Shown here piece by piece: positions 38,642 to 49,632 of a stretch of DNA of 64,000 nt. This DNA comes from Candidatus Methylomirabilota bacterium. Lineage in GTDB: Bacteria > Methylomirabilota > Methylomirabilia > Rokubacteriales > CSP1-6. Under the pieces are notes generated by a model. It had not been told where the DNA came from. It saw only the letters and a list, made by a program, of their open reading frames with translations, and searched no databases. Location of the stretch: contig DATFYA010000085.1 of the NCBI GenBank assembly GCA_035315345.1, positions 2,288 to 66,287 of the forward strand, written 5' to 3'. Position 1 is the stretch's first letter. Each line of letters starts with the position of its first letter. The translations under genes were made by a program, and so were the position numbers.

Positions 38642-39551
38642 AGCACTTCCTGTCGATCCGGGATCTGGCGCGCGAGGACCTGCCGCGCCTCTTCGCGCAG
38701 ATCGCCCTGCTCAAGGCCAAGACGAAGGCGCGCGACCGAGCGACCCCGCTTGCCGGCCGTACCCTCGCCCTGATCTTCGAGAAGCCGTCGCTGCGCACGC
38801 GGGTCACCTTCGAGGTGGCAATGACCCAGCTCGGCGGCGCCGCGGTGTACCTGTCGGCGCAGGAGATCGGGATGGGCACGCGCGAGTCGGTGCCCGACGT
38901 GGCCCGCAACCTCTCGCGCTGGGTCGACGCGGTGGCCGCCCGCGTCTTCGCCCACCGTACGCTCGAGCAGCTCGCCGAGCACGCCTCGATCCCGGTGATC
39001 AGCGGGCTCTCCGACCTCGAGCATCCCTGTCAGGCCCTGGCCGACTTCTTCACGCTGTGGGAGCGCGGGATGGACCTGGCCAAGCTCCGCCTGGCCTGGG
39101 TGGGCGACGGCAACAACGTCTGCAACTCGCTCCTGCTGCTGGGCTCGATGCTCGGCACCACCGCGGTGGTGGCAACCCCGCCCGGCTACGAGCCGGACGC
39201 CCGGGTGCTGGAGACGTGCCGCGAGCTGGGCGGGCGCGTTCGGCTCACCACCGAGGCGCCCGAGGCCATCGAGGACGCCGACGTGATCTACACCGATACC
39301 TGGATCAGCATGGGGCAGGAGGGAGACCGCGAGCAGCGGCTCGAGGCCTTCCAGCGCTATCAGGTCAACGATCGCCTCCTCGGCTTCGCCCCCGGTGATG
39401 CTCTCGTCATGCATTGCCTGCCCGCCCACCGCGGGGAGGAGATCACCGACGCGGTCCTGGACGGCCCGCGCAGCCTGATCCTCGAGCAGGCCGAGAACCG
39501 CCTGCACGCGCAGAAGGCGATCATCCTGAGCCTGCTGGGTGGGGACCAATC

Positions 39552-39555
<4 letters not shown>
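38638..39555 (+). CDS. argF: ornithine carbamoyltransferase
   Basis: STRTR carbamoyl-phosphate motif (…[12 protein letters not shown]…) and HCLPA ornithine motif (…[11 protein letters not shown]…). GTGA overlap with argD. Confidence 0.9.
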
Positions 39556-40760
<1,205 letters not shown>

Positions 40761-40774
40761 ACGGCCGCTCCTCG

Positions 40775-41536
40775 ATGCGGGTGCACGTGGCCCTGAGCCC
40801 GGCCGAGTTCCCCGAGGCGCCGCTGTCGGGGCGGACCGCGCTCGCCATCGACGTGCTGCGCGCGACCTCCGCCGCGGTGGCCGCGTGCGAGGCGGGGTGC
40901 CACCGCCTGGTCGCGGTGGCCGACGCGGAGGCGGCGGAGGCGTTCGCGGCGGCCGACGGCGCCGACACCGTCCGGGCCGGGGAGCGCGGGGGCGAGCCGC
41001 TGACCGGCTTCGATCTGGGCAACTCGCCCGCCGAGTTCACCGCCGAGTCGGTGGGCCGGCGCACCGTGGTGCTGACCACCACGAACGGCACCGCCGCGAT
41101 GCTCGCCGCCTCCGGTGCCGCGGCCGCCGGGCTCGCCGCGCTCACCAACGTCAGCGCGGCGGCCCGCTGGGCTCTCGCCGAAGGCCGGGACGTCTCGATC
41201 CTGTGCGCCGGCGACAGCGGCGCGCTCTCGCTCGAGGACGTGGTGTGCGCGGGCCTCCTGGTGGCGCACCTGTCCGGATCGGGGGTAACCACGCTGTCGG
41301 AGGGCGCGGCGACCGCGCTGGCCCTCGGCCGGTACTACGGGGGGCGGCTCGACCGGCTCGCCGAGGCCTCGCCGTGGGCCCGCCGGCTCGCCCGGCAGGG
41401 CCGCGGCGCCGACGTGGCCGCGTGCCTGCGCGCCGACGTCAGCGACGTGGTGCCGGTATTCGCGGCGGGCGGGTTCGTGCCGCAACGGGTCGCGTCGAGC
41501 GGCCTGGCCGTGGCCCGTCCGGAGGGGGGCTCGTGA
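40775..41536 (+). CDS. 2-phosphosulfolactate phosphatase (ComB) family protein
   Basis: About 253 aa, …LAIDVLRATSA… N-terminal motif typical of the ComB family. Function in bacteria unknown. Confidence 0.55.
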   Translation: MRVHVALSPAEFPEAPLSGRTALAIDVLRATSAAVAACEAGCHRLVAVADAEAAEAFAAADGADTVRAGERGGEPLTGFDLGNSPAEFTAESVGRRTVVLTTTNGTAAMLAASGAAAAGLAALTNVSAAARWALAEGRDVSILCAGDSGALSLEDVVCAGLLVAHLSGSGVTTLSEGAATALALGRYYGGRLDRLAEASPWARRLARQGRGADVAACLRADVSDVVPVFAAGGFVPQRVASSGLAVARPEGGS

Positions 41537-42108
41537 ATCTGCCCATCGCGCTCACCCTGTTCCGCATCGTCCTGGTGCCCCTCATCATGGTGTTCCTGAT
41601 CTCGTCCTCCCGGGTGAGCGTGCTCATCGCCGCGGTGATCTTCGTGGCCGCCTCGCTCACCGACTGGCTGGACGGCCGCATGGCGCGCCGCTGGAACCAG
41701 GTCACCCGCCTCGGGACCCTGCTCGATCCGGTCGCGGACAAGCTGCTGGTGGCCGCCGCGCTGGTGTCGCTGGTCCACGTGGAGATGCTCGCGGCGTGGA
41801 TGGCGGTGGTGATCATCGGCCGCGAGCTGGCGGTCACCGGCCTGCGCGGAGTGGCGCTGTCCATGGGCACGGTGGTGCCCGCCTCCTCCCTCGGGAAGGC
41901 GAAGACGGTGTCGCAGTACGTGGCCATCACGGTGCTGATCCTCGAGAAGGGCGTCTCCCCGGACCTCGAGATCTTCCACCTGATCTCGCGCGGCGTGCTC
42001 TGGATCGCGCTGGCCTTGACCGTGATCTCGGGCGTCGACTACTTCTACCGGTTCTTCCTCCACACCAACCCCAAGGATCTCGTGAAGGACAAGGAACGAT
42101 GGCCCTGA
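41533..42108 (+). CDS. pgsA: CDP-diacylglycerol--glycerol-3-phosphate 3-phosphatidyltransferase
   Basis: GTGA overlap with upstream gene. CDP-alcohol phosphatidyltransferase motif DWLDGRMARR…G…D…D. Confidence 0.85.
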   Translation: MNLPIALTLFRIVLVPLIMVFLISSSRVSVLIAAVIFVAASLTDWLDGRMARRWNQVTRLGTLLDPVADKLLVAAALVSLVHVEMLAAWMAVVIIGRELAVTGLRGVALSMGTVVPASSLGKAKTVSQYVAITVLILEKGVSPDLEIFHLISRGVLWIALALTVISGVDYFYRFFLHTNPKDLVKDKERWP

Positions 42109-42701
42109 CCGTGCTCGGCCTGGTGGCCGCATACCTGATCGGGGCGATCCCGATCGGCTTCCTGGTGGCCCGCGCCGCCGGCGGCACCGATATCCGCCGC
42201 TCGGGGAGCGGCAACATCGGCGCCACCAACGTGCTGCGCACCCTCGGTCGCGGTCCCGCCGTGCTGACGCTGGTCGGCGACATCGTCAAGGGCTACCTGG
42301 CGGTGGCCGCGGCGCGGGCCATCGGCACCGAGGCCTGGTCGGCGGCGGGGGGGGCGGTCGCCGCGGTGGCCGGCAACTGCTGGCCGCTGTTTCTCGCCTT
42401 CCGCGGGGGCAAGGGGATGGCCACCGGCCTGGGCGCCTTCCTTGCGGTGGTGCCCTGGGCGGTGGCCCCGGCCGCGGTGCTGTGGCTGGGGGTGACCTCG
42501 CTCTCGCGATACGTCTCGCTCGCATCGATCCTGAGCTGCTTGAGCCTGCCCCTGGCCGCCGCGCTCCTCGGCTACCCGCGCCACTCGGTGGTGGCGGCGG
42601 CGCTCGTGGCCCTGATCATCACGTGGCGCCATCGCGAGAACATCACCCGCCTGGCCAGCGGCACCGAGCATCGCCTGGGCGACCGCGCGCGCGCCGCGTG
42701 A
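42099..42701 (+). CDS. plsY: glycerol-3-phosphate acyltransferase PlsY
   Basis: …LIGAIPIGFL…GSGNIGATNVLR…. About 200 aa, multi-TM. Confidence 0.85.
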   Translation: MALTVLGLVAAYLIGAIPIGFLVARAAGGTDIRRSGSGNIGATNVLRTLGRGPAVLTLVGDIVKGYLAVAAARAIGTEAWSAAGGAVAAVAGNCWPLFLAFRGGKGMATGLGAFLAVVPWAVAPAAVLWLGVTSLSRYVSLASILSCLSLPLAAALLGYPRHSVVAAALVALIITWRHRENITRLASGTEHRLGDRARAA

Positions 42702-43738
42702 GCATCCCCCGGGGCGATCAGGCCGGGCCGGCGCCGGTGGCCGTGCTCGGCGCCGGAAGCTGGGGCACTGCGCTCGCCATGCATCTGGCACGCGGCGGCG
42801 GCCCGGTGCGTCTCTGGGCGCGCGACCCGGAGCTCGCCGCGTCCATGCGGGCGAACCGCGAGAACTCGCGCTATCTGCCCGGCCTCGTGCTATCCGACGG
42901 CATCCGGGTGAGCGCGGATCCGACGGATGCACTTGCCGATGCTGCGATCGTCCTGCTCGTCGTGCCCTCTCACTTCGTGGACGGCATCCTGGATCGGGTG
43001 GGGTCGGCCATCCCGGCGGAGGCGGTGGTCGTGTCGGCCACGAAGGGCCTCGAGCCCCGCCAGGGTCTGCGCATCTCCGAGCTGGTCGCGCGACGGCTGC
43101 CGGGCCACGCGCTGGCGGTGCTGTCGGGTCCCTCGTTCGCTCGCGAGGTCGCCGAGGGGCGGCCGGCCGCCCTGGTGATCGCCTCCGACGACGAAGCAGT
43201 GGCCGCCGATCTGCAGCGTCGGCTCGCCGGCCCGGCGCTACGCTTGTATACCAACCGCGACGTCATCGGCGTGGAGCTGGCCGGCGCGCTGAAGAACGTG
43301 ATGGCCATCGCCACCGGCCTGGTGGACGGGCTCGAGCTGGGGGAGAACGCGCGGGCCGCCCTGATCACCCGCGGGCTGGCCGAGATCGTCCGGCTCGGGG
43401 CGGCCCGCGGCGCCCAGCCGACCACGTTCGCCGGCCTCGCGGGCCTGGGCGACCTGGTGCTGACCTGCACGGGCTCGCAAAGCCGCAACCACGCGCTGGG
43501 GCGCGCGATCGCGCGGGGGCATTCGCTGCGGGCCGTCGAGGCGGGCACGCCGATGGTGGCCGAGGGCGTGCGCACCGTGTCGTCGGCGCTGCGGATGGCC
43601 CGCGAGGCCGGGATCGCCATGCCGATCTGCGAGGAGGTGGCCGCGGTGCTGTTCGACGGCAAGCCCGTGCCGGACGCGCTGGCGTCGCTGCTGGCCCGCG
43701 AGCCGCGGCCCGAAGAGGAGCGCGCGCGCCATGCCTGA
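42698..43738 (+). CDS. gpsA: NAD(P)H-dependent glycerol-3-phosphate dehydrogenase
   Basis: …VAVLGAGSWGTALA… dinucleotide fold. GTGA overlap with plsY. Confidence 0.9.
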   Translation: MSIPRGDQAGPAPVAVLGAGSWGTALAMHLARGGGPVRLWARDPELAASMRANRENSRYLPGLVLSDGIRVSADPTDALADAAIVLLVVPSHFVDGILDRVGSAIPAEAVVVSATKGLEPRQGLRISELVARRLPGHALAVLSGPSFAREVAEGRPAALVIASDDEAVAADLQRRLAGPALRLYTNRDVIGVELAGALKNVMAIATGLVDGLELGENARAALITRGLAEIVRLGAARGAQPTTFAGLAGLGDLVLTCTGSQSRNHALGRAIARGHSLRAVEAGTPMVAEGVRTVSSALRMAREAGIAMPICEEVAAVLFDGKPVPDALASLLAREPRPEEERARHA

Positions 43739-44744
43739 GCTGCGGCGCGATCCGATCGTCGGCCGCTGGGTGATCATCTCCACCGAGCGCTCCCGTCGGC
43801 CTTCGGACTTTGCGCCGGCTCCGCGGCGACGGAAGGGGGGGCCCTGCGTGTTCTGCGGAGGCCAGGAGCACCGCACGCCCGACGAGGTGTGGGCGCTCCG
43901 CCCCGGGCGCGGGGAGGCCAACACGCCGGGCTGGCTGCTGCGCGTGGTCCCCAACAAGTTCCCCGCGCTGCGCATCGAGGGCGAGCTCGAGCCCTCTGCG
44001 GAGGGCATGTTCGACCGGATGAACGGGATCGGGGCCCACGAGGTGATCGTCGAGTCGCCCGACCACGACGCGGTCATCGAGCAGCTGCCGGTGCCGCACC
44101 TGGCCGAGGTGTTCCGGGCCTATCGCGACCGGATCAACGACCTGGCCAAGGACCCGCGGCTCGAGTACGTGATGGTGTTCAAGAACCACGGCGATCCCGC
44201 CGGGGCCTCACTGGAGCACACCCACTCCCAGCTCATCGCCACGCCGGTGGTCCCGCTGATGGTCGAGGAGGAGCTGGCCGGGGCCCTCCAGCACTTGAAG
44301 CTTCGGCAGCGGTGCATCTGGTGCGACATCATCCGCCAGGAGCGGCAGGCCCGGACGCGGATCGTATTCGAGCACGACGGCTTCGTGGCCCTCGCCCCCT
44401 TCGCCCCCCGCTTCCCGTTCGAGACCTGGGTGCTCCCGGCGGCCCACCGGTCCCGCTACGAGGAGACGCCGGCCGAGGCGCTCACCGGCCTGGCCACCGT
44501 GGTGGCCCGCGTGCTCGGCCGCATGCGGACGTTCCTGGATGACCCGCCGTACAACTTCATGCTCCACAGCGCGCCCCTCCGCCGGCCGGCCCTCGACCAT
44601 TTCCACTGGCACCTCGAGATCATTCCGAAGCTCACGCGGGTCGCGGGTTTCGAATGGGGGACGGGCTTTTTCATCAACCCGACGCCGCCCGAGGAGGCAG
44701 CGAAATACCTGCGCGGAGAGACCCCGCAACCGCCCGTAAGTTGA
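43731..44744 (+). CDS. GalT-family (galactose-1-phosphate uridylyltransferase-like) HIT-superfamily nucleotidyltransferase
   Basis: Zn-binding …CVFCGGQEH… and His-x-His-x-Gln active site (…EHTHSQLIA…). 337 aa. Substrate not inferable. Confidence 0.7.
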   Translation: MPELRRDPIVGRWVIISTERSRRPSDFAPAPRRRKGGPCVFCGGQEHRTPDEVWALRPGRGEANTPGWLLRVVPNKFPALRIEGELEPSAEGMFDRMNGIGAHEVIVESPDHDAVIEQLPVPHLAEVFRAYRDRINDLAKDPRLEYVMVFKNHGDPAGASLEHTHSQLIATPVVPLMVEEELAGALQHLKLRQRCIWCDIIRQERQARTRIVFEHDGFVALAPFAPRFPFETWVLPAAHRSRYEETPAEALTGLATVVARVLGRMRTFLDDPPYNFMLHSAPLRRPALDHFHWHLEIIPKLTRVAGFEWGTGFFINPTPPEEAAKYLRGETPQPPVS

Positions 44745-44769
44745 CACTACGCAAGGCTTTTGTTACAGT
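44741..44769 (+). promoter_or_regulatory. putative promoter of the tRNA cluster (TTGACA-17 nt-TACAGT)
   Basis: TTGACA at 44741-44746 (overlapping the GalT-like stop) and TACAGT at 44764-44769, about 30 nt before tRNA-Gly. Confidence 0.45.
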
Positions 44770-44799
44770 CCGAAGCTGGTTCTGTGACAGGTGAAATTC

Positions 44800-44874
44800 G
44801 CGGGAATAGCTCAGTGGTAGAGCACAACCTTGCCAAGGTTGGGGTCGCGGGTTCGAATCCCGTTTCCCGCTCCA
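44800..44874 (+). tRNA. tRNA-Gly (anticodon GCC)
   Basis: Cloverleaf by eye. Acceptor GCGGGAA/TTCCCGC, anticodon loop TTGCCAA, T-loop GGTTCGAATCC, 3' CCA encoded. Confidence 0.9.
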
Positions 44875-44885
44875 TATGACTGAAG

Positions 44886-44961
44886 GGCGGCGTAGCCAAG
44901 TGGCTAAGGCGGAGGTCTGCAAAACCTCTATTCAGCGGTTCGAATCCGCTCGCCGCCTCCA
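44886..44961 (+). tRNA. tRNA-Cys (anticodon GCA)
   Basis: Acceptor GGCGGCG/CGCCGCC, anticodon loop CTGCAAA, T-loop GGTTCGAATCC, CCA encoded. Confidence 0.9.
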
Positions 44962-44990
44962 ACTTGGCAGGCGGTCCAGCGATCGGATTG

Positions 44991-45078
44991 CCGGGGTGGC
45001 GGAACTGGGAGACGCGGCGGACTTAAAATCCGTTGGTCCGCAAGGGCCGTGGGGGTTCGATTCCCTCCCTCGGCACCA
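44991..45078 (+). tRNA. tRNA-Leu (anticodon UAA), class II with long variable arm
   Basis: Acceptor GCCGGGG/CCTCGGC (one G-U), anticodon loop CTTAAAA, long variable stem-loop, T-loop GGTTCGATTCC, CCA encoded. Confidence 0.85.
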
Positions 45079-45113
45079 GAGGTGAAGCGCACTCAAGCAC
45101 GGAGGCAAACAAG

Positions 45114-45569
45114 GTGGAGACCTTGAAGGTAGTCCGGAAGACCTTCACGATGTTGAGCGAGAAACGGACACAGGTCCTGGACATCACCAAGCAGATCCGG
45201 GACATCGTGCTGGGCGCCGACATCAAGGAGGGCATCATTCTGGTCAACTCCCTCCACACCACCTGCGCCCTGTTCGTGAACGAGTTCCAGGGAGCCCTCG
45301 TCGAGGACCTCAAGACGATGATGGATCGCCTGGTCGCCGACGATGCCGGCTACAAGCACGACGACCCGCGCTTCTCGGACTGCGAGCGGGGCAACGCGTC
45401 CTCCCACCTCCGTGCCGCCCTGCTGGGGAGAAGCGTGGCGGTCGGCATCAGCGGTGGCGAGCTGTCGCTCGGCCGCTTCCAGTCCATCCTCTTCGCCGAG
45501 CTCGACGGGCCGCGGACCCGGAGCATCGACATCCAGATCATGGGCGTCGGGCCAGCGGGGGGGAACTGA
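45114..45569 (+). CDS. YjbQ-family (UPF0047) secondary thiamin-phosphate synthase-like protein
   Basis: …KTFTMLSEKRTQVLDITKQIRDIV…SHLRAALLGRSVAVGISGGELSLGRFQSI… matches the YjbQ fold. GTG start with GGAGG RBS chosen; ATG 45150 is the alternative. Confidence 0.7.
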   Translation: METLKVVRKTFTMLSEKRTQVLDITKQIRDIVLGADIKEGIILVNSLHTTCALFVNEFQGALVEDLKTMMDRLVADDAGYKHDDPRFSDCERGNASSHLRAALLGRSVAVGISGGELSLGRFQSILFAELDGPRTRSIDIQIMGVGPAGGN

Positions 45570-45605
45570 GGGCTTCTGCAGTCAGTCGTTTGAATCTTTA
45601 GGCTC

Positions 45606-45775
45606 TATCTTATGCGGGGGCCCGGAAATGGCCCCCGCACTCCCCCAGTCGGCGGACGTTCGTAGGCCCCCGCACTCCCCCAGTCCGCGGACGTTCGTAG
45701 GCCCCCGCACTCCCCCAGTCCGCGGACGTTCGTAGGTCCCAGCAATCCCCCGGGGCGCGGACTCTTCGCGGCGGT
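45606..45775 (+). repeat. REP-like hairpin (TGCGGGGGCC-7 nt-GGCCCCCGCA) followed by a 35-bp tandem array (3 perfect copies plus 1 degenerate copy)
   Basis: Unit GCCCCCGCACTCCCCCAGTC(G/C)GCGGACGTTCGTAG at 45631-45665, 45666-45700, 45701-45735. Degenerate fourth copy to about 45774. Same family as 5249-5340. Confidence 0.8.
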
Positions 45776-45882
45776 TTCGGTCTGCGGCTTCGGTTTGTGG
45801 TTTTGGCTCCTTCTCCCCGAGCGTCTTCCGCTGGTGCTCCGGCCGGTGGGGGCCGGTTGGGCGTGATAGACTGACGCGCAGT

Positions 45883-47604
45883 ATGTCCTGGAAGCTCAAG
45901 AAGAAGGCCCAGACGCTCGTCGCCTCCGAAGAGGGTGTGATCCACAAGGAATGGGGCGGTCGTGTGTCGATCGCGCTGGTGTACCCGAATACCTATGCGG
46001 TCGGGATGTCCAACCTCGGCTTCCAGACCATCTACGACCATCTGAACGCGCTGCCGCAGGTGGTGTGCGAGCGGGTCTTCTTTCCGGATCCCGAGGATCT
46101 GGACGAGCACGTCCGGACCGGGACGCCCCCGTTCTCGCTGGAGTCGCAGCGTCCCTTGACCGACTTCGACCTCGTGGGCTTCTCCATCACCTACGAGGGT
46201 GACTACATCAACACGGTGCGTCTGCTCCGCATGGCCGGCCTGCCGGTGCGGGCGGCGGACCGGGGGCCCGGCGATCCGGTGGTGATGATGGGCGGGGTCT
46301 GTGCTTTCTCGAACCCGGAGCCCATGGCCGCCTTCATGGACTTCGTGGTGGTCGGGGAGGGGGAGGAGGTCGTCCGCGAGATCGTCGACGCCTGGAGCGC
46401 GAGCGGAGCCGACGGCGACCGCGACGGGCAACGGAGCCGCTTCATCGAGCGCGTGAAGCCGCTGGTCGGAGTGTACGTGCCCGACGCCTACCGGGTCGAC
46501 TACGGTGCGGAGGACCTGATCGCGTCGGTCGAGGCGGTCGAAGCGGGTGTCCCGGCGCTGGTGCTCAAGCGCCGCCTGAAGGACGTCAATCGCTTCGAGA
46601 CCCGCTCGGCGCTCAAGACGCCGCGGGCCGAGTACGGCCACATGGAATTGCTGGAGGTCGGCAAGGGATGCGGCCGTGGCTGCCGGTTCTGCCTCGAGGG
46701 CCAGGTGTACCGGCCGGTGAGGCACCGGAGCCTCGACGCCCTCCGCGAGTCGGTGGCGCGCATCGCGAAGGAGTCCAAGCGCATCGGGCTGGTGGGGGCC
46801 TGCGTCTCCGACTACCCGTGGATCGGGGAGCTGATGAAAGTGCTGGAGGAGAACGGGGTGGAGGTGTCGATCTCCTCGCTCCGCGCCGACAGCCTCACCG
46901 AGGACCTGGTCGCCTCGCTGCAGCGCGGCGGTCACCGGACCCTCACGATGGCGCCGGAGGCGGGCACCGAGCGGCTGCGCGCGGTGGTGCGCAAGGCGAT
47001 CACCGACCAGCAGCTCTACGAGGCCTGCGAGCTGCTGCGGCGGTACGGGATCCCGAATCTCAAGTGCTACTTCATGATCGGGCTCCCCACCGAGACACGC
47101 GAGGACGTGGAGGCGATCCCGGACCTCGCGGCCCGTCTGCTGGAGCGCCTGCAAGTCCTGGGGCCGGACGGCCATCCCTTCGGCAAGCTGACCCTGTCGG
47201 TCTCGTCGTTCGTGCCCAAGCCGTGGACGCCGTTCCAGTGGGCGCCGTTCGACGATCCGCGCGCCCTCGAGGACAAGCTCGACCTGATCAAGCGCGCGGC
47301 GCGCCGGCTCGACACGATCCGGGTGGTGCACGAGAACCCGCGGGAGGCCGCGCTGCAGGCCCTGCTGGCGCGCGGCGATCGGCGGGTGGCCGACTTCATC
47401 GAGCTGGCCGCGGGCCTCGACGGTGACTGGCGGCGCGCGCTCCGGGAATGGGACCGCGACCCGAGCGCGTACACCCGGCGCCCGCGCGCGACGACCGAGA
47501 TCCTGCCGTGGGATCACTTCGACGTCGGGGTCAAGAAGGCCGGCCTCCTGCGCGAGTGGGAGCGAGCCTGTCAGACCGCCGCGCCGGCGGCGGCCTCGGG
47601 ATAG
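45883..47604 (+). CDS. radical SAM protein with N-terminal B12-binding-like domain (TIGR03960-like, uncharacterised family)
   Basis: N-terminal …[28 protein letters not shown]… and radical-SAM cluster CGRGCRFC (Cx3Cx2C variant region …[14 protein letters not shown]…). 573 aa. Confidence 0.65.
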   Translation: MSWKLKKKAQTLVASEEGVIHKEWGGRVSIALVYPNTYAVGMSNLGFQTIYDHLNALPQVVCERVFFPDPEDLDEHVRTGTPPFSLESQRPLTDFDLVGFSITYEGDYINTVRLLRMAGLPVRAADRGPGDPVVMMGGVCAFSNPEPMAAFMDFVVVGEGEEVVREIVDAWSASGADGDRDGQRSRFIERVKPLVGVYVPDAYRVDYGAEDLIASVEAVEAGVPALVLKRRLKDVNRFETRSALKTPRAEYGHMELLEVGKGCGRGCRFCLEGQVYRPVRHRSLDALRESVARIAKESKRIGLVGACVSDYPWIGELMKVLEENGVEVSISSLRADSLTEDLVASLQRGGHRTLTMAPEAGTERLRAVVRKAITDQQLYEACELLRRYGIPNLKCYFMIGLPTETREDVEAIPDLAARLLERLQVLGPDGHPFGKLTLSVSSFVPKPWTPFQWAPFDDPRALEDKLDLIKRAARRLDTIRVVHENPREAALQALLARGDRRVADFIELAAGLDGDWRRALREWDRDPSAYTRRPRATTEILPWDHFDVGVKKAGLLREWERACQTAAPAAASG

Positions 47605-47609
47605 CCGCG

Positions 47610-47915
47610 ATGGCGTCCGTGATGGTGGCCAGGGTCGCGGAGGTGCCGCCCGGTCAGGCCCGCGTGGTGCAGGCCGGGGTGAAGACACTCGCGCTGTTCA
47701 ACGTGGATGGCGCCTTCCACGCCATCGACAACGCCTGCCCCCACCGCGGCGGGCCGCTGGGCGACGGCGACCTGGACGGACGGCTCGCCATCTGCCCGTG
47801 GCACGGCTGGCGCTGGGACGTGACCACCGGAGCCAACGCCAACAACCCCGCGGTGAAGATCGCGTGCTTCCCGACCCGGGTCGAGAACGGCGACGTCTAC
47901 GTGGAGCTGCCGTGA
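47610..47915 (+). CDS. Rieske [2Fe-2S] domain protein (NirD/small-ferredoxin type)
   Basis: CPHRGG…CPWHGW cluster-binding boxes. 101 aa. Confidence 0.75.
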   Translation: MASVMVARVAEVPPGQARVVQAGVKTLALFNVDGAFHAIDNACPHRGGPLGDGDLDGRLAICPWHGWRWDVTTGANANNPAVKIACFPTRVENGDVYVELP

Positions 47916-48925
47916 TCCGCGACACGTTCGATCGGCCCCTGCGCAACCTGCGGCTATCCGTGACGGATCGCTGCAACCTGCGCTGTCAGTACTGCATGCC
48001 GGAGGAGGAGTACGTCTGGCTGCCCCGGGACGACATGCTGAGCTTCGAGGAGATGGGGCAGCTGGTCGACGTCTTCGCCGAGCTGGGCGTGGACAAGGTG
48101 CGCCTCACCGGCGGCGAGCCGCTGCTTCGCCGTGATCTCGACCGCCTCGTGCGCCTGCTCGCGGGCAATCCGCGCCTCCGCGACCTGGCCATGACCACGA
48201 ACGGGGTGCTGCTGGCCGAGCAGGCCGACGCCCTCCGGGCCGCCGGCCTGCAGCGGGTCACGGTGAGCCTCGACACCCTGCGCGAGGATCGCTTCAAGGC
48301 GCTGACCCGTCGCGACACGCACGCGCGCGTGCTCGCGAGCATCGAGGCCGTGTCGGGCTGGCCCGGGCTCAAGCTCGACACGGTGGTCATGCGCGGGATC
48401 AACGACGACGAGCTGGCCGACCTGGTGGAATACGCCGGCCGCGTCTCCGCCGAGGTGCGCTTCATCGAGTACATGGACGTGGGGGGCGCGACCCACTGGA
48501 GCATCCAGCGGGTCGTCTCGCGCGCCGAGATGCTGGCGAGCCTCGGGGCGCGCTACGGGACGATCGTGCCGATCCAGGAGGACTCGTCGGCGCCCGCCGA
48601 CCGCTTCCGCCTGCCGGACGGGCGCGTGTTCGGCATCATCTCGTCCACGACCCAGCCGTTCTGCCGGAGCTGCGATCGCAGCCGGCTCACCGCCGACGGG
48701 CTCTGGTATCTCTGCCTGTACGCGGTGCGGGGGACGGATCTGCGGCAGCCGCTGCGCGCGGGCGCGTCGCGGGAAGACCTCCTGACCCTGATCCGGTCCA
48801 CGTGGCAGGGCCGCCGGGACCGCGGAGCCGAAGCCCGGCTGGCCACGCCGGAGCGCCGTCCGCTGATCCAGATCGGCGAGCTCAAGCGCGATCCGCACCT
48901 GGAGATGCACACGCGGGGAGGCTAG
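47912..48925 (+). CDS. moaA: GTP 3',8-cyclase (molybdenum cofactor biosynthesis protein A)
   Basis: N-terminal CNLRCQYC radical-SAM cluster, C-terminal auxiliary cluster [18 protein letters not shown] (Cx2Cx13C), and C-terminal GG. GTGA overlap with the Rieske gene. Confidence 0.9.
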   Translation: MIRDTFDRPLRNLRLSVTDRCNLRCQYCMPEEEYVWLPRDDMLSFEEMGQLVDVFAELGVDKVRLTGGEPLLRRDLDRLVRLLAGNPRLRDLAMTTNGVLLAEQADALRAAGLQRVTVSLDTLREDRFKALTRRDTHARVLASIEAVSGWPGLKLDTVVMRGINDDELADLVEYAGRVSAEVRFIEYMDVGGATHWSIQRVVSRAEMLASLGARYGTIVPIQEDSSAPADRFRLPDGRVFGIISSTTQPFCRSCDRSRLTADGLWYLCLYAVRGTDLRQPLRAGASREDLLTLIRSTWQGRRDRGAEARLATPERRPLIQIGELKRDPHLEMHTRGG

Positions 48926-48927
48926 GC

Positions 48928-49632
48928 ATGGCGGACGTACCGGGGGTGGACGTGCGGGAGCGCGGAGCGGGCGGACAGGTCTCCGATCGACGCCTGTTCA
49001 TGCAGCTCCAGGCCTGGAGCGGCTGCGCCGACGGCAAGCCCCTGGTCGCCGCGGTGGAGCGCAGCCGGATCGAGGGCGTGCTCTATCACGACCTGAACGA
49101 CCCGGCCGGCGTGGCGCTCCTCGCCCTGCACGAGGACCCCGCGTTCTTCGCCACCGGGCTCCGCGAGGCGCTGCACGGCGAGCCGTTCGCCTCGCTCCGT
49201 CATCGGCCCGAGCTCACGATGCTCGGTCGCACCTACGCCTCGGGCTTCGAGCCCGACCTGGCCGACTGGCTGCTCGGGCGTCCGCGGCGCACCGTGCTCA
49301 ATCCGGCGTGGCCCTGGGGCATCTGGTATCCCCTGCGCCGGTCCGGCGCCTTCGCCCGGCTCACCCCGCAGGAGCAGGGCGCGATCCTGAAGGAGCACGG
49401 CACGCAGGGGCGGGCCTATGGTGACGCCGACCTCGCGCACGACGTGCGCCTGGCCTGCCACGGCCTCGACACCAACGACAACGACTTCGTGATCGGGCTC
49501 ATCGGCCGGGACCTGCACCCGCTCTCTCATCTCGTGCAGGCCATGCGGCGGACCGCGCAGACGTCTCAGTATCTCCAGAGCCTCGGCCCCTTCTTCGTGG
49601 GGCACGTGCTCTGGCAGAGCGCGCCGCGGTGA
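48928..49632 (+). CDS. chlorite dismutase / HemQ (coproheme decarboxylase) family protein
   Basis: C-terminal half …ILKEHGTQGRAYGD…HGLDTNDNDFVIGLIGRDLHPLSHLVQAMRRTAQTSQYLQSLGPFFVGHVL… fits the Cld-family ferredoxin-like repeat with the proximal His region. Starts 3 nt after the moaA stop. Confidence 0.55.
   Translation: MADVPGVDVRERGAGGQVSDRRLFMQLQAWSGCADGKPLVAAVERSRIEGVLYHDLNDPAGVALLALHEDPAFFATGLREALHGEPFASLRHRPELTMLGRTYASGFEPDLADWLLGRPRRTVLNPAWPWGIWYPLRRSGAFARLTPQEQGAILKEHGTQGRAYGDADLAHDVRLACHGLDTNDNDFVIGLIGRDLHPLSHLVQAMRRTAQTSQYLQSLGPFFVGHVLWQSAPR

Noticed and set aside
45631-45775. Possible CRISPR array
   Set aside because: The 35-bp units are directly abutting with no unique spacers. 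This is a simple tandem repeat, and no cas genes are nearby.
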